A program made the position numbers and the translations under genes. 25,310 bases of DNA, from positions 1 through 25,310 of IMG/VR virus record IMGVR_UViG_3300033566_000008; one strand, written 5' to 3'. Of the stretch, positions 18,429-25,135 are shown in pieces. Numbering within the stretch: position 1 is the first letter of the stretch; each line of letters opens with the position of its first letter. Below the pieces are notes generated by a model. The model saw only the letters and a list, made by a program, of their open reading frames with translations. It was not told where the DNA came from and did not search any database. Origin of the DNA: a virus (Duplodnaviria; Caudoviricetes).

Positions 18429-18838
18429 TGGGCTCGACACCGCAATTCGTTGCCACCGGGAAAACTCCCGTCGCATCTGTCGCCAATGCAGATGGGACCG
18501 CTTTCAAGCCTCTTTACACGGCAGGCGCAAGCGGGGGGCGGATCGACTCTGTGTTTGTTACGAACAGCGACAACGCCAACCCGTACACGGTGCAGCTGGC
18601 CATTCAAAAGTCAGGAGTGAACTATGAGCTTGGCGAGGTGTTGATTCCCGCAGGTTCAGGCACCAACGGCAGTGCGAAATCCGTGGCGGCGCTGAACCCT
18701 ACCGACATTCCTGGCCTGTCGTATACCGAGGGCGGCGCCTTGATGATGGAGGCCGGCGCCATCCTGGTGGTTCGCAGTAAAACAGCCGTCTCTGGCGCGA
18801 ACAAGCTCAACTTCTGCGGCGTGGCGGGAGATTACTGA
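18428..18838 (+). CDS. Small beta-sandwich tail accessory protein (putative)
   Basis: TAATG-coupled, GGAG RBS, beta-strand-rich 136 aa. Confidence 0.65.
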   Translation: MGSTPQFVATGKTPVASVANADGTAFKPLYTAGASGGRIDSVFVTNSDNANPYTVQLAIQKSGVNYELGEVLIPAGSGTNGSAKSVAALNPTDIPGLSYTEGGALMMEAGAILVVRSKTAVSGANKLNFCGVAGDY

Positions 18839-20355
18839 TGTTGGGCGGCTATGACGGTCAGCCGCTTCTCAAGAGTGCTGCAGCATTTGTCAGCCGCGCC
18901 CTTGAGACCGGATCAACTGCATTAGGGTTCAAGAACCGGGCAGCTTCTGGCGCTGGGTTGGTTGGCTTCAACCCAACCCTGAACTACGCGGCCGGCACCA
19001 TCGGCGCCAGGCTCAAGGCCACGATTAATGTCACCGATTTTCCATGGCTTGCAAAACTGGATGGCGCGACCGACGACTCGGCGGCGATCAACGCAGCAGC
19101 TACGGCAGCCGGGAATGGCGGGCATCTGCACTTCCCGCACGGAACGGCACTGTGCTTGGCACCCTTGCTGTTCGAAAACTTCCGTGGCCTGCGCATCACG
19201 GGCGATTCGGGGCAATACGGCTTCTCGGGATCACGCATCATTGGGCGTCACACAGGCAAGGCCACAGTGTCGCTGGTTGGCAGCTTGTTCTGCGAGATTT
19301 CCGGGCTGTCCATTGAGGGCGATACGGCATCAAGACCGGAAACCGGCCTGCTGCTTGGCCGGTCGTCTGCCGCAAGCGCGGGAAACCACACATTCACGAA
19401 CACGCGCGTGCAAGGCTATTTCCAAACGGCTGGCCTCTACAACGTGGCCAGCGAAGAAAACACCTTTATCAACTGCTACATCGTGCCGACCACGGCCACG
19501 CTGGCGGGCGTCTACATGTCCCAGGCAGACAACTTCGGCGTTGGAGGCTTGACGCCAAGCAGCATGGAGTGCAACACCTTCATGGGCGGCACCATCGGCA
19601 ACGTGGACACGACAGCCGGCACGACCGGCCTTTACATCGACTGCGGCGCGGCCACTGGGCACCATCAGTTCTTCGGCACTTTCATGACCAAGGCTGGGGG
19701 AGATAGCTTCGTTCTCCTGCGTCTGGGCGCCACGGACGGCCTTGACACCAACTTCCCCATCTCGCTTTACAACGTAATCGGCGAGATGAACGGCACGGCG
19801 CCTGCAAGCGGGCTGCACTTCGTCTGCGCCAGCACCAAGATCCTGTCCGGCTTCACGGCCAAAAACATCCGCTTTCAGACGCCAGCCACGAACAACATTC
19901 TGTGCGACGGAGGCGGCACCGTGTACTTGGTTGGCGCTGACATCTCCACTCCATACGGGGGTGCCGCCAAGCCTTCCAACTTCCACCGCGTGGACGGCTC
20001 GCGCCTGTCGCTGCTGAGCGAGTCGGCAATCACCATTGCCACGCTGAACAGCTCAGACCTTATGCACAACACGGCGGGGCCAACCATCACGGCGCAAGCT
20101 GGGTGCATAGTGCGCGACCTTGGCGGCACCGGTTTTTCCCTGTCCGAGGGCCTGAGCCTGGCGGCAGGGGAGGCCATCTCCATCGGCGGCCTTCAGGTCG
20201 TGGCTGCCCGGAAGACCGGCTATACGCCCATGACAGGGGCGGCTGATCGCGGGACATCTTTTGATCCTGGGACCGTCACTCTGGTGCAACTTGCACAACG
20301 TGTGAAGGCAATTCAAGACGACCTTACTGTTCAACACGGCCTCATTGGAGCCTAG
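18838..20355 (+). CDS. Tailspike / depolymerase with pectin-lyase-like beta-helix
   Basis: GAGLVGF...TIGARLKATINVTDF and DGATDDSAAINAA...LHFPHG beta-helix cap motifs; G/N/T-rich body. Confidence 0.8.
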   Translation: MLGGYDGQPLLKSAAAFVSRALETGSTALGFKNRAASGAGLVGFNPTLNYAAGTIGARLKATINVTDFPWLAKLDGATDDSAAINAAATAAGNGGHLHFPHGTALCLAPLLFENFRGLRITGDSGQYGFSGSRIIGRHTGKATVSLVGSLFCEISGLSIEGDTASRPETGLLLGRSSAASAGNHTFTNTRVQGYFQTAGLYNVASEENTFINCYIVPTTATLAGVYMSQADNFGVGGLTPSSMECNTFMGGTIGNVDTTAGTTGLYIDCGAATGHHQFFGTFMTKAGGDSFVLLRLGATDGLDTNFPISLYNVIGEMNGTAPASGLHFVCASTKILSGFTAKNIRFQTPATNNILCDGGGTVYLVGADISTPYGGAAKPSNFHRVDGSRLSLLSESAITIATLNSSDLMHNTAGPTITAQAGCIVRDLGGTGFSLSEGLSLAAGEAISIGGLQVVAARKTGYTPMTGAADRGTSFDPGTVTLVQLAQRVKAIQDDLTVQHGLIGA

Positions 20356-20363
20356 GAGATCGA

Positions 20364-20567
20364 ATGGGAACCAATACCACCACAGAGAACGGCGTTGGGA
20401 AAACGCTCACAGTGATAGGGCCCAATGCTGGCCCAGTACTGATGGTCGCAGCGCCTGCCACTTCAACATCGTCTGGTGCGCCCAACATGATTGCCACGGA
20501 TGGAACATACCTGTATGTCTGCATTGCGGCCGATTCATGGAAAAGGGTTGCATTGGCTGCGTTCTGA
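20364..20567 (+). CDS. Small tail-fibre tip-like protein
   Basis: AGGAG RBS; ends IATDGTYLYVCIAADSWKRVALAAF, a motif common at phage fibre C-termini. Confidence 0.75.
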   Translation: MGTNTTTENGVGKTLTVIGPNAGPVLMVAAPATSTSSGAPNMIATDGTYLYVCIAADSWKRVALAAF

Positions 20568-20610
20568 TTCGTTCAAAAAACAGCGGGCCAAATCCGCAAA
20601 ATTGCATTGA
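20567..20610 (+). promoter_or_regulatory. Putative late promoter, copy 5, for the SGNH gene and lysis cassette
   Basis: ATTCGTTCAAAAAAC at 20567-20581; GCAAAAT at 20596-20602, 1 nt closer than in the other copies. Confidence 0.68.
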
Positions 20611-20717
20611 CTGGAAGGCTATGACCTGAAGGCAAACGCAGACCATTTCTAAATGCTTCTCCGCCGAGAAGCGCATGCCCAGCGATGGGTTTTTGCGCAG
20701 CGCGCAGGAGTATTTCA

Positions 20718-21995
20718 ATGGGCACCAATACCCAGCCTTCGGGCTTTACCTCGATCAGCCAGACTGTCAATGGACCGCAGAATGCATTGACGCCTGGCCA
20801 GGCTCAAGCACTCTCCTTGAGCGGCGTTCCCGTTCCGTCAACTCAGAATGGCACACTTTTCTTGCCGGCTTTTGCAACGAACCTCAAAGAAGCGTTGCCT
20901 CTTGCTTACAAGGCCGTTCAAAGTGCCCGCGGTGGTGCGCACACCATGTTCGCCCAGATGCGGAACTCCACCGGGGTGGGCTACCAGGGCGCTACCGACA
21001 AGTACACCAAGAGTCGAGCCCTGTGCCCGAGCAACGTTCTCTGCAAGCGCCTGCGCGCCCTAGGCGTTGCGACGTACAACCAGAACATCGTCGGAGACAA
21101 CGGCGTCAGCCTGGCGCCTGCAAGCCAGACTGCCGCAATCTACGACGCGCGCTTCAGCATTCCTGCTGGCGCCACTGTTGCCTCATTGGCTGGCCCAGGC
21201 CGCAACGCCTTTGTGAACAGCGCTAACGCGAACCCCTGGGCCTTCAATTGCGACGTGCTGGTTGACACGGCCATGGGCATGTACGTGACCAACAACACGG
21301 TGCTGGCTGATCTCACGCTGGACGTGGGCGGATCTGCGCTGGTCACGATGGCCGGCAACAATGCCGGGGCACCCATCGCGTCTGCTTTCCGCTTTACTGC
21401 CCCCACTTCTCTTGGTAAGGCCAGCAACTACACCATCAACGTCAAGAATCCGTCCGGCACTGGCGGGAACTTCTTCCAGGGTGTGATCGCGTGGAACGCG
21501 GCAGAGGGCGGCATCAGCGTTCTGAACATCGGCTTCGCAGGTATGACCTCGACGCAGATGGCCGCAAGTGGCAGTGCATGGAACATGCTGCCCACCATCG
21601 CTCCCATGGTTGCGGCTGGCGTCTCGCTTTTCATCATTGGCGAAGGCATCAATGATGGAATCGCCGGTACATCGACCGCAACGCACACGGCCAACCTTAC
21701 TGCGGTCATCAACGCGATCAAGTCTGCCGGCGCTGACGTGATCTTGGTTGGTGATCCTGCGTCGGACTTCAGCGTGGTCTCCAAGACTGTGCAGGACTCG
21801 TACCGCTCGGCTGATCGTGCTCTCGCTGCAGCAACCGGCATCCCATACATTGACCCCATCCCCGTGCTGGGCCAGAACGACGGGAGCACTGCCCAGAACC
21901 TGATATATGCCGATACCACGGGCCACCTGACGCCTTACGGCTCGGCCTTGCTTGGGCAGATCATCGGAGATGCGCTTGTCGGCGGCATGGCATAA
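20718..21995 (+). CDS. SGNH/GDSL-family esterase, probably a virion-associated deacetylase
   Basis: AGGAG RBS before ATG 20718; block II NIGFAG, block III GEGINDG, block V DTTGHLTPYG. Confidence 0.78.
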   Translation: MGTNTQPSGFTSISQTVNGPQNALTPGQAQALSLSGVPVPSTQNGTLFLPAFATNLKEALPLAYKAVQSARGGAHTMFAQMRNSTGVGYQGATDKYTKSRALCPSNVLCKRLRALGVATYNQNIVGDNGVSLAPASQTAAIYDARFSIPAGATVASLAGPGRNAFVNSANANPWAFNCDVLVDTAMGMYVTNNTVLADLTLDVGGSALVTMAGNNAGAPIASAFRFTAPTSLGKASNYTINVKNPSGTGGNFFQGVIAWNAAEGGISVLNIGFAGMTSTQMAASGSAWNMLPTIAPMVAAGVSLFIIGEGINDGIAGTSTATHTANLTAVINAIKSAGADVILVGDPASDFSVVSKTVQDSYRSADRALAAATGIPYIDPIPVLGQNDGSTAQNLIYADTTGHLTPYGSALLGQIIGDALVGGMA

Positions 21996-22007
21996 CCAGA
22001 GCCGGCC

Positions 22008-22418
22008 ATGAGCATTGAATCAGCAAGCGAAGCCGGGGCCGCATACGCCTCAAGCATGGGCCTGAAAGCAGCCATCGGAGGCGGCGGCATCGCCTTTGGT
22101 ATGGCCATGGGCACGGCCCTGGTGCTGATCCTGAAGCGCCCCAGGACCACCGGCGAGTGGGCGGTTGCGCTCATCAGCAGCGTGATGTCTTCGATCTGCC
22201 TGGGCGCATTCGTGATCCTCTACTTCGACCTGCTGGCCTGGGTGCTGGTGACTGATGAGGTGCGGGCTCTCACCGGGTTGATGGCCATCATCGGCGTGGT
22301 GTTCGCGTGCTGCCTTCCTGGCTGGGTGTTTGTGCGCATCGCCTTCAACACCATGGCGAAGTTTCAGGACAAGTCTGCTGACGATGTCTATCACGACGTG
22401 AAGGAACTGCTGCCATGA
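22008..22418 (+). CDS. Holin (3 predicted TM segments)
   Basis: Three hydrophobic stretches and a charged C-terminus; ATGA-coupled to the endolysin. Confidence 0.75.
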   Translation: MSIESASEAGAAYASSMGLKAAIGGGGIAFGMAMGTALVLILKRPRTTGEWAVALISSVMSSICLGAFVILYFDLLAWVLVTDEVRALTGLMAIIGVVFACCLPGWVFVRIAFNTMAKFQDKSADDVYHDVKELLP

Positions 22419-22852
22419 ACCTGTCAACGCACTTCACCCTAGCCGAGCTGACCGCCTCGCAGACGGCAGTCCGGCGCGGCATCGACAACAGGCCAAGCGA
22501 CGAGATCATCAAGAACCTGGAGCACCTTGCTCTGGGCCTTGAGGGTGTCCGCACGCTGCTGGGCTGTCCACTGGTCATCAGCAGCGGTTACCGCTCGCCT
22601 GAACTGAACACGGCGGTGGGTGGGGCGCGTGACAGCCAGCACAAGTTGGGCTTGGCTGCCGACTTCATTGCCCCCGGATTTGGTTCGCCGATTCAGGTTG
22701 CCAGGGCCATCGCAGCAAGCGGCATCAAGTTCGATCAGTTGATCTGCGAAGGATCCTGGTGCCATATCAGCTTCACGGCCACGCCACGGCGCCAGGTGCT
22801 GACCGCTACTTTCAAGGACGGCGGCGTGCGCTACTCGCCGGGGCTGGCATGA
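22415..22852 (+). CDS. Endolysin, peptidase M15 family (Zn peptidase)
   Basis: LSTHFTLAEL, ISSGYRS..LN..VGG...SQH..GLAAD and WCHIS motifs. Confidence 0.9.
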   Translation: MNLSTHFTLAELTASQTAVRRGIDNRPSDEIIKNLEHLALGLEGVRTLLGCPLVISSGYRSPELNTAVGGARDSQHKLGLAADFIAPGFGSPIQVARAIAASGIKFDQLICEGSWCHISFTATPRRQVLTATFKDGGVRYSPGLA

Positions 22853-23034
22853 CTTCGCCCGCCATCGAAGCCCGCGAGAAGGCGTATCTGATGCTCACGG
22901 ACGATGCGAAGTTCTACAAGCTGCCGCCTCCGCTTGATCGCTCGTGGCTGTACGGCATCAAGTACGAGTCAGGGGAGGCGCTGGCGCTTGCTCGAACCAT
23001 CTGCCCGCACATCTGGAAGGGTGACGACGAATGA
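22849..23034 (+). CDS. Small hypothetical protein inserted in the lysis cassette
   Basis: ATGA overlaps at both ends (endolysin stop and Rz start); 61 aa MTSPAIEARE...KGDDE. Confidence 0.6.
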   Translation: MTSPAIEAREKAYLMLTDDAKFYKLPPPLDRSWLYGIKYESGEALALARTICPHIWKGDDE

Positions 23035-23444
23035 GCATCTACGCCAAGGCCGTCGCCATCCTGTTGGCAATCGTTCTATTGGTGGGCCTTGGCTTCGGCG
23101 TTGGCACCAGGCTCAAGCAAGGCGAGTGGGATGCCGATGTGCTGGCCCGCGAACAGGCCGCAAAGATCAAGGCCAAAGCCCAGGCCAAAGAAACCGCAGA
23201 GCAAAGGAAACAGCATGCAGATGAGATCCGCACTATCAACGCTCGCCTTGCTGATGCTCTTGAGCGGCTGCGCAAGCGCCCCGAGAGGATGCCCGAGCCT
23301 GCCCGCGCCGCCTGCCAAGGTGCCACTGGGGCCGAGCTTTCAGGACCAGATGCAGGTGTTCTTGTCCGGCTCGCAGCCCGAGCCGATGAACTCCGAGCAG
23401 CCCTCGGAGAGTGCCAAGCCTGGGCCGAAACAGTGAGCCGGTGA
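23031..23444 (+). CDS. Rz: Inner-membrane spanin (i-spanin)
   Basis: N-terminal TM helix, coiled coil, ends ADELRAALGECQAW. Confidence 0.85.
   Translation: MSIYAKAVAILLAIVLLVGLGFGVGTRLKQGEWDADVLAREQAAKIKAKAQAKETAEQRKQHADEIRTINARLADALERLRKRPERMPEPARAACQGATGAELSGPDAGVLVRLAARADELRAALGECQAWAETVSR
23215..23436 (+). CDS. Rz1: Outer-membrane lipoprotein spanin (o-spanin) embedded in Rz in the +1 frame
   Basis: AAGGA RBS; signal peptide MQMRSALSTLALLMLLSG-C with lipobox; Pro-rich mature part. The start may be 23221. Confidence 0.85.
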   Translation: MQMRSALSTLALLMLLSGCASAPRGCPSLPAPPAKVPLGPSFQDQMQVFLSGSQPEPMNSEQPSESAKPGPKQ

Positions 23445-23445
23445 T

Positions 23446-23862
23446 TGGTGAGGGCGGCCGGGAGCCCCCAACCCTGCGCAAACGCTTGACCCTCGAAATG
23501 AAGAGAGCGGACACGACTCGAACGTGTCTCCGGGCACCTGCACTGCTCCAGAATCGAACTGGACCGGGATGACTCTTCGCCATCGCCACCTGGCACTCTC
23601 AGATCTGCGGGCCGGACTTCACAACCGGCTTTCACTCGGACATCGGCTTAGCGGGTGAAAGGCAACGGGACACTACCGAACGCATGTCTTGTTCCGTCGA
23701 GCCTGCGTGTTCAGCACACGCCGCCGCTGATCTGAGAGCCCCGGCATCCACTCGCCGAGAAAGCGCCCATCGGTGCGCCGAAATCTGGACGGACAAAACG
23801 CACCGATGAACTAGCGGGCCCAACCGAGCCCTTCTACAGCCTGCCGCCGTTAGCAGAAGGCG
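23446..23862 (-). ncRNA. Candidate large structured ncRNA with multiple tRNA-like T-arm modules and an ACCA 3' end
   Basis: Dedicated promoter, at least 10 helices, two canonical TTCGANT T-loops on 5-6 bp stems, and G-U pairs that work only on the minus strand; no credible ORF. Confidence 0.75.
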
Positions 23863-23867
23863 CCCCA

Positions 23868-23896
23868 ATTCTACCGCCGTGATGGCGGGAGATCAA
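23868..23896 (-). promoter_or_regulatory. Sigma70-type promoter of the ncRNA
   Basis: TTGATC (23896-23891), 17 nt, TAGAAT (23873-23868). Confidence 0.75.
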
Positions 23897-24134
23897 TCCC
23901 CATCAATTCCCCACCGATCCGCTGCGCCCCGCGTAGAACCTAGATTTCTTGGTGCCCCGGACCGGTAACTTTCCCATAAATCCCGATTATCCCTGTAGGT
24001 AGCGGATTCCCCACCAAACACCATGGTTTGAGCCGTTCACCCTGGGATTTGCCCCGGTTCGGTTGCCGTTCTGGTTCCCGATTTTCCCCATGTTCGCCGT
24101 TAAGATCGCCGCCACTCCCCACGGTTTACCCACG
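23895..24134 (+). repeat. Integrase arm-type binding repeats (consensus WTTCCCCAYN)
   Basis: AATCCCCATC 23895, ATTCCCCACC 23906, ATTCCCCACC 24006, TTTCCCCATG 24083, ACTCCCCACG 24114, TTTACCCACG 24125; both outer pairs have 11-bp spacing. Confidence 0.7.
23950..23965 (-). mobile_element. attP core equal to the 3' end of a tRNA gene (probably tRNA-Leu)
   Basis: The minus strand reads CCGGTCCGGGGCACCA (3' T-stem, acceptor strand, ACCA) without the rest of a tRNA; it lies upstream of int and between arm repeats. Confidence 0.75.
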
Positions 24135-24136
24135 GA

Positions 24137-25135
24137 ATGGCCTACATCTACCAACTTGACAGCGGACTTTGGCGCGCTCAGATCGCCAAGAAGGGCCATC
24201 CCAGGGAGTCCAAAACATTCGCCACCAAGACGGCGGCCAGGACGTGGGCGACGAGCCGGGAGGCGGAGATAGACGGCACGCGGCGCGGAGCGGTGGTGCG
24301 GAAGACTGTAGCCGATGCACTAGACCGCTACGCTTTGGAGGTGTCGCCCACCAAGAAGGGCGCGCGTCTTGAGCTTTTGAGGCTGGCCGCCTTCAAGCGC
24401 GAAAAGTGGGCGCAGAAGTGGTTGAAGGACATCGACGCCCCGGACTTCAGCGCGTGGCGGGATGAGCGCTTGCAGGCCGTCACCAAGGGCTCAGTGCAGC
24501 GGGATTTCAACCTCATCAAGGCGGTGATGAACCGGGCGCGCAAGGAGTGGCGCTGGCTGACTCACGATCCGATGCTGGGGGTGGTCATGCCCGGGGACAA
24601 CGAACCGCGCACGCGCCGTGTGCTGCCGTCCGAGGTGCGCAAGATGTGCCGGGCCCTCGGGTACGCTGGCGGGAACCGAATCGATACCAAGATGCAGGAA
24701 CTGGCTTTTGCCTTCCTGGTGGGCCTGCACACGGCCATGAGGCAAGGGGAAATCCTGCGGCTGACGGCCGAAGACATCGACCTGGCCAGGCGGACGATTC
24801 ACATCGCCGAGCAGAAGAACGGCAAGAAGCAGGACATTCCGATCACCAAGCCAGCGGCTCGGCTCCTGGCGAAGCGCCTTGAGGTGGTGAAGGAGGGCGC
24901 CTTGTTCACGATCACCAGCGCCAGCGCGGATGCCCTGTGGCGCAAGTGCAGGGAGCGGGCAGGCATCGAGGGGTTGAACTTCCACGACTCCCGGGCCGAG
25001 TGCCTGACGCGCCTTGCATCGGTGCGCCGCGTTGATGTGATGACGCTGGTGCGCATCAGCAGGCACAGCGACATCAAGATCCTCATCGAATCGTATTACC
25101 GGGAGGGCGCCGCCTCTATTGCCCAGCGGCTCTGA
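24137..25135 (+). CDS. int: Tyrosine recombinase / phage integrase
   Basis: N-terminal arm-binding domain (WRAQI...SKTF.TK..A..W); catalytic TAMRQGE, KNG, FHDSR, SRHSD and YY. Confidence 0.93.
   Translation: MAYIYQLDSGLWRAQIAKKGHPRESKTFATKTAARTWATSREAEIDGTRRGAVVRKTVADALDRYALEVSPTKKGARLELLRLAAFKREKWAQKWLKDIDAPDFSAWRDERLQAVTKGSVQRDFNLIKAVMNRARKEWRWLTHDPMLGVVMPGDNEPRTRRVLPSEVRKMCRALGYAGGNRIDTKMQELAFAFLVGLHTAMRQGEILRLTAEDIDLARRTIHIAEQKNGKKQDIPITKPAARLLAKRLEVVKEGALFTITSASADALWRKCRERAGIEGLNFHDSRAECLTRLASVRRVDVMTLVRISRHSDIKILIESYYREGAASIAQRL

Noticed and set aside
20625-20650. GGCAAAC resembling a c-di-GMP-I riboswitch
   Set aside because: The remaining P1/P2 elements and the GNRA/receptor arrangement are not present.
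23446-23866. tmRNA or a true tRNA gene cluster
   Set aside because: There is no G3-U70 alanine acceptor, no tag frame ending in Ala-Ala-stop and no canonical T-loop next to the ACCA. The T-arms lack D and anticodon arms at tRNA spacing.
23632-23868. 78-aa minus-strand ORF, and the 23039-23635 and 23236-23589 ORFs
   Set aside because: The 78-aa ORF starts within the -10 box with no SD. None gives a protein-like sequence, and RNA structure explains the region better.
23940-24272. Short ORFs across attP
   Set aside because: They overlap the att core and arm repeats and show no coding signal.
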